Both the position numbers and the translations under genes were made by a program. Positions 1-9,769 of a stretch of DNA of 36,592 bases are shown piece after piece (the first letter of the stretch is position 1; every line of letters starts with the position of its first letter). A model generated the notes under the pieces. That model had not been told where the DNA came from. It saw only the letters and a program-made list of their open reading frames with translations, and ran no database searches. Source of the stretch: a virus (Duplodnaviria > Caudoviricetes); IMG/VR virus record IMGVR_UViG_3300020045_011859, positions 1 through 36,592 of that record; one strand, 5' to 3'.

Positions 1-2
1 CT

Positions 3-1451
3 TTTGCATTGGAATTATGGGAAAAAGCCTTGATCGAGGCTTTCTACAGTTTCAAGTGGTCTGAAACAGGACTTCGACGTTTTAAAAAATGCCTATTGTT
101 GATTGCCAGAAAAAACGGAAAATCAACATTGTGTGCTGCGTTGGCTCTCACAGAAATGATGGTCGGTTTCGGAGGGGTGGATATCATCTGCAGCTCAAAT
201 GATGATGCTCAAGCGGATATCATCTTTCAAGAAATTGACTGCATGCGAGAAAAATTTGATCCGAAAGGAAAACGAACCCATAAGAACCTGAAGGGAATTT
301 ATAATCTCAGAAATAAGTCCACTATTAAAAAGTTGTCAGACAAAACCAGGAACAAAGAAGGCCGTAACATTGATTATGCTTATATCGATGAAGTCCATGA
401 AATGGAAACCAATGTTATAGCCAAATCAATTGAGCAATCGACATCAACCAAGGATGAACCGGGGATTTTTGAAATCACGACAGAAGGCTTTGTAAACGAT
501 GGATACCTAGATTCTGAATTAAAATATGCCAGGGCAGTGATCAATGGTGACATTGAAGATCCGACTCTTTTAGCATGGTTATATACTCAGGACTCGGAAC
601 AAGAAATATGGCAGGATGCGCGATCGCATCAGAAAAGCAATCCAAGTCTTGGAGTCGTTAAAAAAACGGCATACATACGAGACCAGCTCAGGAAGGCACA
701 GGTAGATAAAGCGGAGCGGGTTTTTACCTTAGCCAAGGATTTCAACATGAAACAGAACAATGCAGCGGCATGGTTATCTGAAGCGGAGTATATCAATCCC
801 GAAACGTACAACATGGAGAAATTCAGGGGTTGTATAGGCCTAGCCGGCGTCGACTTGGCAGAGACAACAGACCTAGCGGCAGCTAAGGTAATTATCATGT
901 TTAAAGGTGATCCAAAAAAATATATAATCCAGAAATATTTTGTTCCAGAGGCGAAAATTAAAAAGGGTGAAAGTGAAGATCGTAAAAACTATGAGGATTG
1001 GGCTAAAGAAAATCTGCTTGATGTGTCACCAGGGAATGAAAATGATTTCAGCCGTATCACAACATGGTTCGTCAAGCTGTATAAAGACTATGGTATTCGT
1101 ATCTTCAAGGGCGGTTATGATAATGCCCTGGCGAAATACTGGCATACCGAAATGACGGATCTTGGATTTGATTTTGAAAGGGTTAATCAGGATTTGAATA
1201 CAATGTCAGAGCCGATGAAACTGGTTGCTGAGGACTTCCGAAGCAAATATATCGTGTACAATAACAATCCGATAGACAGATGGTGTTACGGAAATACAGC
1301 ATTCAAGATTGATTCACTGGGAAGAATTATGCCGGTAAAAGTCAATGATCAGAAAAACAGGAGAATTGATGGTGCGGTAGCGCTGATCATTGCATATGCC
1401 ATGTACATACGGTACCGGACAGATTATCTAAATCTACTTTCGGCAGCTTAA
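3..1451 (+). CDS. terL: Terminase large subunit, 5'-truncated by the window edge
   Basis: Frame is open from the window start. Walker A (ARKNGKST), Walker B (YAYIDEVHE), nuclease motifs (GVDLAETTDL, RIDGAVA). Lies upstream of the portal gene. Confidence 0.95.
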   Translation, partial: FALELWEKALIEAFYSFKWSETGLRRFKKCLLLIARKNGKSTLCAALALTEMMVGFGGVDIICSSNDDAQADIIFQEIDCMREKFDPKGKRTHKNLKGIYNLRNKSTIKKLSDKTRNKEGRNIDYAYIDEVHEMETNVIAKSIEQSTSTKDEPGIFEITTEGFVNDGYLDSELKYARAVINGDIEDPTLLAWLYTQDSEQEIWQDARSHQKSNPSLGVVKKTAYIRDQLRKAQVDKAERVFTLAKDFNMKQNNAAAWLSEAEYINPETYNMEKFRGCIGLAGVDLAETTDLAAAKVIIMFKGDPKKYIIQKYFVPEAKIKKGESEDRKNYEDWAKENLLDVSPGNENDFSRITTWFVKLYKDYGIRIFKGGYDNALAKYWHTEMTDLGFDFERVNQDLNTMSEPMKLVAEDFRSKYIVYNNNPIDRWCYGNTAFKIDSLGRIMPVKVNDQKNRRIDGAVALIIAYAMYIRYRTDYLNLLSAA

Positions 1452-1455
1452 AAAA

Positions 1456-1484
1456 GTTGTCAACCTACCCATGTTATGATGAAA
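1456..1484 (+). promoter_or_regulatory. Putative late promoter, copy 1 (TGTCAACC-N9-TATGAT, extended -10)
   Basis: GTTGTCAACCTACCCATGTTATGATGAAA between terL and portal. Same motif and spacing at 13691 and 17629. Confidence 0.7.
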
Positions 1485-1518
1485 CGAGATAGAAATATGG
1501 ACATGGTGAGGTATCAAA

Positions 1519-2799
1519 ATGGCATTATTGGATGTTTTCTCGGGAATATTTAACCGGAAACCGGATCAGCAGCATCGACGTGCTCAGCTATTGAATGGTG
1601 AACCGGTATTTTCGCAGTTCGGGCAAAACGTCTACACTTCAGACATTGTCCAAATGTCGATTGACATTATCGCATCAGAGTGCTCGAAACTACGGCCAAG
1701 GCACATCAGGACTGACGATTCAGGGAAACAGACCGTGGTCAAGGGAAGTATAAATAGGCTATTCAGGATAAGTCCGAACCCGATAATGACCACGCGTGAT
1801 TTTCTTGAAAAAACAATCTGGCTACTTTACCTGAATTATAATGCTTTCATCTACCCGATGTATGACAATGTCACCAATAAACAGACGGGTATTACCCGCA
1901 GAGAATATACCGCGCTCTACCCACTGAATCCCTATCAAGTCGATTTTATGCAAGACGCATCCGGGGCGATGCATGCGAGGATGTTCTTCCAAAACGGCCA
2001 AGACTTCACCATCCCGTATGCGGATTTGATTCACCTTCGAAAAAAATATTCTGGTCACGATATCCTAGGGGGAGGAGCCAACGGGCAGCCGGACAACGCA
2101 GCACTCCTTAAGGTTCTGGAAACCAATGATATTGTGATGCAGGGACTCGGTAAAGCCATAAAAACATCACTTTCAATCAGGGCGATAGCCAAGATTAATA
2201 CCATGATGGATGATGATAAAACAAGGGCTGAACGTGCGAGATTTGAGCGGTTGATCTCATCTGGAGAAACGGGAATCTTACCGGTCGACATCAAAGGAGA
2301 GGTAACCCCTTTTGTTTTAGATCCTAAGGTCATCGACAAAGATACGATGCAATTCCTGCAGGACAAGGTGTTGAATTATTATGGTGTGAGCGTCCCGATT
2401 CTGACAGGAGATTTCGATGATGAGCAGTATCAGGCGTTTTATGAAAAAACTCTGGAGCCACTCATCATTTCACTTGGACAAGCATTCAGCAAGACGGTAT
2501 TTTCACCACGAGAGCTTGATGTAGGCAATGAGATTGTGTTCTACGGTAAAGACATGCAGTATTTATCAACCAAGAGTAAGGTCGATTTGTTGAAAATCGG
2601 AGGAGAACAAGGACTGCTCACTGATGATCAGAAGCTCGGGCTGCTTGGCTATCCTCCACTCGATGATGGCACAGGCAACCGCAGAACCATGTCACTGAAT
2701 TATATTGACGTATCACTGGCCAACGAGTATCAGATGACCAGGGCAAGGGCACCTGGGGCATATCAGTTACAGCCACAGAATGGAGGAGCAAATGAGTAA
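1519..2799 (+). CDS. HK97-family portal protein
   Basis: 426 aa between terminase and protease, with portal-like segments (PNPIMTTRDF, LYLNYNAFIY, DLIHLR, FYEKTLEPLI). Confidence 0.93.
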   Translation: MALLDVFSGIFNRKPDQQHRRAQLLNGEPVFSQFGQNVYTSDIVQMSIDIIASECSKLRPRHIRTDDSGKQTVVKGSINRLFRISPNPIMTTRDFLEKTIWLLYLNYNAFIYPMYDNVTNKQTGITRREYTALYPLNPYQVDFMQDASGAMHARMFFQNGQDFTIPYADLIHLRKKYSGHDILGGGANGQPDNAALLKVLETNDIVMQGLGKAIKTSLSIRAIAKINTMMDDDKTRAERARFERLISSGETGILPVDIKGEVTPFVLDPKVIDKDTMQFLQDKVLNYYGVSVPILTGDFDDEQYQAFYEKTLEPLIISLGQAFSKTVFSPRELDVGNEIVFYGKDMQYLSTKSKVDLLKIGGEQGLLTDDQKLGLLGYPPLDDGTGNRRTMSLNYIDVSLANEYQMTRARAPGAYQLQPQNGGANE

Positions 2800-3448
2800 A
2801 ATAGCGGTCATACCATTGAACGGACAACGTGAATATAGAAGTTTTGGGCTGATAGATATTAAAGCGGAGGATGAAGGTAATGTGATCGAGGGGCATCCCG
2901 CAGTATATGACCAGAAAACCAGTATTGGTGGATATTTTCAAGAGGTCATTGAGCGTGGAGCATTCGATGAGTGTAATTTTGACGATGTCCTTTTTACGGC
3001 AAATCATGAAGTGGAGCGAATCCCGATGGCCCGGAGCAGGAGGAACAATAAAAACAGTACCCTACAGCTAGCGCTGGATGACAAGGGGCTGAAAATTCGG
3101 GCGGATCTGGACCGTGAGAATAATGCAGAGGCCAGGGCGCTGCATAGTGCGGTAGCCAGAGGTGATATTGATGGAATGTCCATGATCATGGTTGTTGGGG
3201 ATGCCCGTTGGGAAGGACTGGACACAGATAAGCCGACCAGATTCATCAATAAAATATCTCGAATCATTGAGGTCTCAGCTGTAAATTTCCCGGCTTACCG
3301 GGGAACTGATATAGACGCGCGGAGCCAGAAGGCATTGGATAATGCCTCAAAGGTGTTGGATAACGCCCGGCTCACGGTGGACACCGAAAAGAGAAGTGCG
3401 GGAGCCATTGAATTAGAAAAGTATCGTATACAAATTTTATTGAAGTGA
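2792..3448 (+). CDS. HK97-family prohead protease
   Basis: IEGHPAVYD, EVIERGAF, ANH, GDIDGMS, EVSAVNFPAY motifs. GGAGG precedes ATG 2792. Confidence 0.93.
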   Translation: MSKIAVIPLNGQREYRSFGLIDIKAEDEGNVIEGHPAVYDQKTSIGGYFQEVIERGAFDECNFDDVLFTANHEVERIPMARSRRNNKNSTLQLALDDKGLKIRADLDRENNAEARALHSAVARGDIDGMSMIMVVGDARWEGLDTDKPTRFINKISRIIEVSAVNFPAYRGTDIDARSQKALDNASKVLDNARLTVDTEKRSAGAIELEKYRIQILLK

Positions 3449-3463
3449 AAGTGAGGAAACATC

Positions 3464-4747
3464 ATGAATAAAAAGAAATTGCAGGCTATGCTGGCTAAAA
3501 AGGAAGCCCGTAAGGCCGAACTAGGCACAAAGGCAAATGCTACTGAGGATATCAAAGAGCTCCGTTCAATCAGTACTGAGATTGAAACCATCAATGCTGA
3601 AATAACAGAACTTCGGGCAATGATCGATTCCATACCGGATGAAACTGCTGAGAGGGAATGCTTGGAAAGTCGAGCTGCTGGATCTCCTGTAGACAATGCA
3701 GAAGTTGTTGCAACATTCATGAGAGGAATTGCAGCACCAAAACCTACCGAGACAAGAACAGCTGTCGATAAGGCTGTTATGGATTCATATGAGTTGCGCG
3801 GAGTAACACTCAAAGCTGGTAAGTCGATTGTTGTCGCATTCGATGAGACTGCAGAAGAACGTGCGGTCAATTTGGCTGGTGGAACTCTTGTCAATCCAAA
3901 ACAATACTCCAGTACACTCAATACCACATTCAATGAGGTTTCTGGTCTGCTTGATGCGGTCAATGCTATACCGCTGAACGGCGGCGAAAGCTATACCCAA
4001 GCATTCGAAGTATCTGGTGCCGAGGGTGACTATACCACGGAGACAGGAGACTATGTCGAGGGCGATCCTGTAGTGGATTATGTCGAGATCGGTAAGGCAA
4101 AGATTACGGCCTATACCGAGATCACTGATGAAGCCGCCAAACTACCTAACATCAACTATCAGGCCCTTGTAACCAAGAACGTCCGTAATGCCATCCGGAA
4201 GAAAATCACTAAACAGATTATGTCAGGTGCTGGTGGAACAAACGCCATCACTGGAATATTCAGTGCACCGACAAAAGTTATCCCTCTTGCCTCGGATCTC
4301 GCCATCGCAGAGATAGACGCTGACACATTGGACAAGATCGTGTTTGGTTATGGCGGAAATGAGGATGTAGAGGGTATTGCTTCTCTTATTCTGAACAAAA
4401 CAGACCTGGCAGCCTTCGCCGCAATCCGTGATGCAAATGGAAAAAAATTGTACAAGATCACTGTCAATGGCAACACTGGAACAATCTCATCGGAGGATTC
4501 ATTCTCTGTCCCTTATATAATCAACAGTGCTTGTGCAGCATTGTCTGCCACTGCCACAGCAGCAGATACCTATTGTATGGCTTATGGTAAGCTGATGGCC
4601 TATGAAATGCCTGTATTTTCACCGCTGACCGTTGAGGAAAGCCGTGATTATAAATTCCGTACTGGGCAAATCGCATACCGTGGTAGCGTATGGTGTGGCG
4701 GAAATGTGACATCGTACAAAGGATTTATCCGCGTGAAAAAAGCTTAA
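3464..4747 (+). CDS. Major capsid protein (HK97 fold) with N-terminal coiled-coil delta domain
   Basis: 427 aa after the protease. Charged helical N-terminus, GGTLVNPKQY, GAGGTNAITGIF, RDANGKKLY. Confidence 0.93.
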   Translation: MNKKKLQAMLAKKEARKAELGTKANATEDIKELRSISTEIETINAEITELRAMIDSIPDETAERECLESRAAGSPVDNAEVVATFMRGIAAPKPTETRTAVDKAVMDSYELRGVTLKAGKSIVVAFDETAEERAVNLAGGTLVNPKQYSSTLNTTFNEVSGLLDAVNAIPLNGGESYTQAFEVSGAEGDYTTETGDYVEGDPVVDYVEIGKAKITAYTEITDEAAKLPNINYQALVTKNVRNAIRKKITKQIMSGAGGTNAITGIFSAPTKVIPLASDLAIAEIDADTLDKIVFGYGGNEDVEGIASLILNKTDLAAFAAIRDANGKKLYKITVNGNTGTISSEDSFSVPYIINSACAALSATATAADTYCMAYGKLMAYEMPVFSPLTVEESRDYKFRTGQIAYRGSVWCGGNVTSYKGFIRVKKA

Positions 4748-4768
4748 TGATATCGGAGGGATGATCGC

Positions 4769-5056
4769 ATGACGGACCAAGAATTGCTTGCAGAAGTAAA
4801 AACCGGACTTGGAATACCGGAGGTCACAACAGGCTTTGATGCTGTATTGATGCAGAAACTGAAAGCCATCAAAGGCTATATGTTAGGAGCGGGTGTATCC
4901 GATACGGTCATGGAAAGCGACTCAGCGGTCGGAGCGATTGTCATCGGTGTCACAGACATGTGGAGTATTCAAGGCGGAGAGGCGAAATTCTCTCCGCTAT
5001 TCCACTCTTTAGTGTCACAGCTTGCGATTGAAAGTCTACCAGCGGAAGAAATTTAG
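4769..5056 (+). CDS. Head-tail adaptor (gp6-like)
   Basis: 95 aa after the capsid gene with LLAEVKTGLGI...FDAVL...KGYMLGAGV pattern and GGAGG RBS. Confidence 0.8.
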   Translation: MTDQELLAEVKTGLGIPEVTTGFDAVLMQKLKAIKGYMLGAGVSDTVMESDSAVGAIVIGVTDMWSIQGGEAKFSPLFHSLVSQLAIESLPAEEI

Positions 5057-5073
5057 GAAAGTGAGGAAATGAT

Positions 5074-5688
5074 ATGAATTTACGTCCAGTAGATACAAGG
5101 ATCGGCCATGAGCTGAAAACCGACGCCCAGAAGGTAGTCGCGGACAGAGCTTTTATGGCACATTTTCAGGTACCAGCATCAAAAGCGACAGTGGCCAGCA
5201 CCACTGGAATTCATGCAGCTGCAGCTACAAGTGGTACTGTAGCAACGGATATAACAACCGGGTTCACCCAGCCGTCAGTACCACGTAACATTACGGCAAC
5301 GGCAGGCGGAACCGCAGCAGACATTAAAGCCGTTCAAGTAATCGTTGAAGGTACAAACATGAACGACGAAGCCATCACAGAAACGCTCGCAGCATTTACT
5401 GTCGATACAGCTGGTACAGTGACAGGAGCTAAGGCATTCAAGTCCGTTACAAAAGTCACCGTACCCGCTATGGATGGCGCAGCGGCAACCGTGGCTGTCG
5501 GATTTGGAGAGGTGCTAGGGTTACCATACAAATTACCGCATAACACAGTGCTACATGCGTTTAGAAACAATACCAGGGAGAGTACAGCCCCGACAGTCGC
5601 GACTAGTTCAACAGCCCTGGAGAGTAACACTTTTGATCTCAACAGCGCACTTAACAGTTCTGTGGTTGATATCTATTTGATGGTGTAA
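5074..5688 (+). CDS. Virion structural protein, possibly head decoration
   Basis: 204 aa, Thr/Ala/Val-rich, within the head-neck operon. Confidence 0.55.
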   Translation: MNLRPVDTRIGHELKTDAQKVVADRAFMAHFQVPASKATVASTTGIHAAAATSGTVATDITTGFTQPSVPRNITATAGGTAADIKAVQVIVEGTNMNDEAITETLAAFTVDTAGTVTGAKAFKSVTKVTVPAMDGAAATVAVGFGEVLGLPYKLPHNTVLHAFRNNTRESTAPTVATSSTALESNTFDLNSALNSSVVDIYLMV

Positions 5689-5700
5689 TGGAGGGATAAC

Positions 5701-6045
5701 ATGTTTCAATTGAAAACGCCGGTATTCTCTACAGTTTTCAGGGTGCAGCATCTGTCCGAGGAACCGGTGGGAGGGGTCAGAACAAAGACATATACAGATG
5801 CAATCCCAGCGGTGCGCCAAGGCGCATTTACTGCCTTTCATGGTAGGGAACTGAATGAAACAAACCGGGAACAGTATAGGGAAGGCGGAACGATTACCAC
5901 CTGGTATTACTCGGATATAGTGAGGACTGACCGCATTCTACTGAATGATGATACAGCTCAGGTTTATGAAGTCGTGGACGTTGAGAATGCTGAAAATCGG
6001 AACATGTACATGGTCATCACAGTTGACAGAATCGTAAATACTTGA
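5701..6045 (+). CDS. Head closure (stopper) protein
   Basis: 114 aa, position, and ITTWYYSDIVRTDRI...YEVVDVENAE pattern. Confidence 0.75.
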   Translation: MFQLKTPVFSTVFRVQHLSEEPVGGVRTKTYTDAIPAVRQGAFTAFHGRELNETNREQYREGGTITTWYYSDIVRTDRILLNDDTAQVYEVVDVENAENRNMYMVITVDRIVNT

Positions 6046-6058
6046 TGGGAGGCGCGGC

Positions 6059-6484
6059 ATGTCAGTACTATTTAGTTACAAGGAACACCTTGATGAGGTG
6101 AGAATTAAATATGCGGACGATGTGAAAAAGCTGGTCGCACTTGATTCAGAAATCACGAAAGAACAAGCGAAAGTGGTAGCCGCAGCAGTACGTACAAATC
6201 TCCCACGGACGACACCGACGAAAGCCCACCCAAACGGAACACACGGAGTACATATGGCCGATGATGTGGTTGTATCCGGACTGTTAAAATCGGATGGAGG
6301 GGAGCGATATCGGACCGTCGGAGGGGGAAGAAAGACTGCAACACTATGGCATTTAGTGGAGTATGGAACCTCGCGAAATAGTTACCATGGCAGACGTTTT
6401 ATTGAGCGGTCCATGGATCAGGTTGAATCACAGCTTGAAAAAATAGCTGATGATAAGATCGAGAGGGCACTGAACAATGATTGA
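6059..6484 (+). CDS. HK97 gp10-like neck protein
   Basis: HMADDV, WHLVEYGTS, RRFIERS motifs. Confidence 0.8.
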   Translation: MSVLFSYKEHLDEVRIKYADDVKKLVALDSEITKEQAKVVAAAVRTNLPRTTPTKAHPNGTHGVHMADDVVVSGLLKSDGGERYRTVGGGRKTATLWHLVEYGTSRNSYHGRRFIERSMDQVESQLEKIADDKIERALNND

Positions 6485-6797
6485 TATTGTGGCAAAAGTG
6501 GCTACAGCTTTATCGGGAATCGGAACACCGGCGCAATGGCTTATCCGACCAGAGACGCTACCATCAATATCGTTTGATACTGTTGAAAACTTGGCGATGT
6601 TCGGCGACGGGGAAGAAAAGGCTGTGGAATACAGCGTACAAATTGACATATGGAGCGAGAACGATCCGCGAACGATTGGAACCGCTGTCAAAACAGTGAT
6701 GAAATCAGCAGGGTTTACTCGAACCGATGATGCCGATCTGTACGAAGAGGAAACCAGGCTATATCACAAGGCAATAAGATTCAAGTATCCAGCCTAA
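6477..6797 (+). CDS. Tail completion/terminator protein
   Basis: PSISF, VQIDIWS, MKSAGFTR, DLYEEETRLYHKAIRF. Directly before the tail tube gene. Confidence 0.8.
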   Translation: MIDIVAKVATALSGIGTPAQWLIRPETLPSISFDTVENLAMFGDGEEKAVEYSVQIDIWSENDPRTIGTAVKTVMKSAGFTRTDDADLYEEETRLYHKAIRFKYPA

Positions 6798-6815
6798 TTG
6801 AAAGGAGTTATGCAC

Positions 6816-7370
6816 ATGTATCGTATAAATATAAAAAACTTTGTCTATGCACTACTGACAGCTGACACAGCGTCCACCATTACCTATGGAACGCCAAAAG
6901 CCATACCGGGGTTGATGAATTTAGACCTACAACCTGAGATTGCATCAGGTAAGCTTTATGGCGATGGAGCCCTTAAGGACGAGTTGTCGAAGTTGACGTC
7001 AATCGGTGTGAAAATTGATATAAACAAAATTCCACTGACCGACAGGGCCATTATGCTTGGACAAACATGTACCGCTGGAGTTGTAGATGAAACAGGAGAT
7101 GAGGTCGTCCCATTCTTAGCGATTGGATTTATGATTGAGCACGCGGATGGAACGAATGAATATGCATGGCTTTACAAGGGACGGCTGAAACCTATTTCGG
7201 ATAAGGCGTCACAAAAGACTGAAAACATCAGTTATGATACACAAACGATGGAATTCACATTCTTGAAAAGGACAAAAGACAAAAAGATAAGAAAATGGGC
7301 AGACAGCTCAGAAGCTGACTTTGTTGCCGCTACTGGGACTGGATGGTTCACAGCTGTACCGACAACTTAA
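6816..7370 (+). CDS. Major tail (tube) protein, phi13-like
   Basis: YGTPKAIPG, LYGDG, LAIGF, WLYKGRL motifs. AGGAG RBS before ATG 6816. Confidence 0.88.
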   Translation: MYRINIKNFVYALLTADTASTITYGTPKAIPGLMNLDLQPEIASGKLYGDGALKDELSKLTSIGVKIDINKIPLTDRAIMLGQTCTAGVVDETGDEVVPFLAIGFMIEHADGTNEYAWLYKGRLKPISDKASQKTENISYDTQTMEFTFLKRTKDKKIRKWADSSEADFVAATGTGWFTAVPTT

Positions 7371-7377
7371 TCACCAC

Positions 7378-7399
7378 GGGGGCCTTCGGGCCTCCTTTT
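7378..7399 (+). terminator. Intrinsic terminator after the major tail gene
   Basis: GGGGGCC-TTCG-GGCCTCC followed by TTTT (cUUCGg tetraloop). Confidence 0.75.
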
Positions 7400-7416
7400 G
7401 CAAGGAGGAAATAGTC

Positions 7417-7761
7417 ATGGGAAAAAGAATACAAATTAAACCGGTTGAGGCCTTAACGCTGGGATTCCCAGACGGTACCGAAAAAGACGTCATGTTTACT
7501 ACCCAGGCGATGGCCATCATGGATGAGGAACTTGAAGGATCACTGAAAATCCTTAGAAATATAGTGGATAGACCGCATGACACGGGAAGTAAGGTCCTCT
7601 ATGCGGGAATGAAGGTGGTAGACCCCAACATTACCCTAGCAGATGTCCAAGCGCTTATTGCATCCATCGGTATTGACAGCCTGATGGAGATTCTGGAGTT
7701 TGCTGCAGAGAGTTTCTACGGGTCCTCCTCCGCCGCGCTAAAAAAAACGACATCCCAATAG
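7417..7761 (+). CDS. Tail assembly chaperone (gpG-like)
   Basis: Between the tail tube and tape measure genes. AGGAGG RBS. Ends at a slippery A-run. Confidence 0.85.
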   Translation: MGKRIQIKPVEALTLGFPDGTEKDVMFTTQAMAIMDEELEGSLKILRNIVDRPHDTGSKVLYAGMKVVDPNITLADVQALIASIGIDSLMEILEFAAESFYGSSSAALKKTTSQ

Positions 7762-7976
7762 GTGAACTACCTGATACCATCGATTGGGACAACCTGACCT
7801 ATATCTACTGCGTGGAAATGCAGAGACCAGAGGAAGAATTCTGGCGGTCAACCATGTATAAGGTCAACACCTGGATCGACAAGCACATGGAATATAAATA
7901 CGGAAAAAAAGGATACACTCCGGATGCCGGAGTGAAGCAAATGAACTCACTGAAAGATATACCGGGGTGGCGATAA
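7740..7976 (+). CDS. -1 frameshift extension of the tail chaperone (gpGT-like)
   Basis: Slippery A AAA AAA at 7740-7746. The -1 frame is open (NDIPIGELPDTIDWDNLTYIYCVEMQRPEEEFWRST...DIPGWR) to a TAA that overlaps the tape-measure ATG. Confidence 0.85.
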   Translation, partial: KKNDIPIGELPDTIDWDNLTYIYCVEMQRPEEEFWRSTMYKVNTWIDKHMEYKYGKKGYTPDAGVKQMNSLKDIPGWR

Positions 7977-9769
7977 TGGCAAATAAAAGCTATAAAAAAG
8001 TAATCACGCTAGCGGCGGATTTTTCGCAGTATACCGGATCGGTTGACGAGCTCAACCGAAAAATGAAGGTGCTAGATGCGGATTTCAAAAGTCAAAAAGC
8101 CGTTATAGAAGCTAGCGGTTATGGCGTTGATGACTTAAGTTCAAGGTATAATCTGTTAGCGGGAAAAATGGACTTGCAAAAAAAAGTCGTCGAGGAGCTG
8201 AACGCAAAATACGAAGCGCTTAATAAAATGTCCGATAAAAACGCGCAGGCGGTAAAAGCCACTGATGATGCTCAAGTCAAATTATATAATGCCCAAACAA
8301 AGCTGGCATCCATGCAAAAAGAGGTCAACGATGTTATGGAGGATTCTCTCGCCAACTTTAATGACCTGACCGATGCCGAGGAGGCCGCTGCAAAAGCCAC
8401 AGAGGCACTAGGGGAAAAGGTCAAGAAGCAAAAAAAATCATGGGAGGATATACAAAAATCGCTGAAGGAAACCTCAGATAAGTTTGATAAAATCGGAGAT
8501 ATGACTAATAAAGTAGGTGAAGGGCTGACCGCGGGGATCACCGTACCGATGGTGGCCATGGGCGCCGCTATCGCAAAGAGCATAGAGTCCTTGTCAGAAT
8601 TTGCAGACGAAATTGGTGTCATGTCAGAAAAGACCGGAATGAGTATGCAATCACTTCAGGAATGGAAGTATGTCACGAATCAACTGGATGTCAGTTTTGA
8701 TTCCATTCAAACTAGTATGTCGGCATTCACTACCAAAATGAAAGGCCTCGATTCTGAAAGCGGAACAGCATATGAAACGCTGAAAAAACTCCATGTTGCA
8801 ACCAAAGACGTCCATGGACAGATGCTGCCGCTCAATGATATTTATACAGAGACAATAGAGAAACTGTCCAAGATGCACAACGAGTCCCAGCGTAATGTAA
8901 TGGCAGCTACCCTGTTCGGTAAGTCCTGGCAGGAAATAGCACCAATCCTTGAAGCCGGCGGAGATGAAGTCAAACGGTTGAAGGAACAAGCGGAGAAGCT
9001 CGGACTGGTTATGTCGGATGAGGACATCAATAAGGCGCGTGAGTTTGGTGACAAGTGGGATACGATCAAATTGCAGTTTTCCATGGCCACCATGCAGATC
9101 GGCGAGAAGTTTCTGCCGATCGTTGAAAAATTGATGACATTTATCCAGGAATCAGGAATTCCGAAACTCCAGAAATTTACAGAGCGGATAGAAGGGCTGG
9201 TTACGTGGTTTACAAATCTGTCACCAGCTTTGCAGGGAGTCGTTACAACTGTCGCGTTGCTGGTGGCAACCATTGGGCCCATGTTGATTTTAGTCGGTAA
9301 AATATCTACCGGGGTTAGTGGAATCATGAATCTGGCATCAGCGATGAACCCGGCAATGATTAGGACGACCGCCATCATCATCGGCATAGCAGCAGCCCTG
9401 GTGGCGGTGGTCGCGGCTATCGCGGTATTATCCGGTAAGAGTGGTGAAATGCAGCGGACGTTTGCTGCCATCGGCTCCGGGGTCAGCTCAGTGACATCAA
9501 GTATCAGCAGCGCAACGACGTCACGCTATGCGTCAGGCACAAGCTACAGCAGAGGAGGACGCGCTTTGGTCGGTGAAGAAGGCCCTGAGATTGTAGATCT
9601 GCCATCCGGATCTCAAGTCTATACAGCCAGTCAATCAAGAAGCATGACGGGCGGGGATACTTTCATCCTTAATGTCAGCATGGATAAGGTGGGACAAGTC
9701 CAACAGATCATTGACACATTTGAAGGCCTACGGCAAGCCCGACGGGCAGGAACGGTGGTGATAGGGTAA
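7976..9769 (+). CDS. Tail tape measure protein
   Basis: About 597 aa: helical Ala/Lys/Glu-rich body, hydrophobic segments, C-terminal YASGT...ALVGEEGPEIV. Confidence 0.93.
   Translation: MANKSYKKVITLAADFSQYTGSVDELNRKMKVLDADFKSQKAVIEASGYGVDDLSSRYNLLAGKMDLQKKVVEELNAKYEALNKMSDKNAQAVKATDDAQVKLYNAQTKLASMQKEVNDVMEDSLANFNDLTDAEEAAAKATEALGEKVKKQKKSWEDIQKSLKETSDKFDKIGDMTNKVGEGLTAGITVPMVAMGAAIAKSIESLSEFADEIGVMSEKTGMSMQSLQEWKYVTNQLDVSFDSIQTSMSAFTTKMKGLDSESGTAYETLKKLHVATKDVHGQMLPLNDIYTETIEKLSKMHNESQRNVMAATLFGKSWQEIAPILEAGGDEVKRLKEQAEKLGLVMSDEDINKAREFGDKWDTIKLQFSMATMQIGEKFLPIVEKLMTFIQESGIPKLQKFTERIEGLVTWFTNLSPALQGVVTTVALLVATIGPMLILVGKISTGVSGIMNLASAMNPAMIRTTAIIIGIAAALVAVVAAIAVLSGKSGEMQRTFAAIGSGVSSVTSSISSATTSRYASGTSYSRGGRALVGEEGPEIVDLPSGSQVYTASQSRSMTGGDTFILNVSMDKVGQVQQIIDTFEGLRQARRAGTVVIG

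Noticed and set aside
629-9471. Long minus-strand ORFs across the structural genes (e.g. 3295-3963, 8842-9471)
   Set aside because: Shadow frames of well-supported plus-strand genes, with no motifs.
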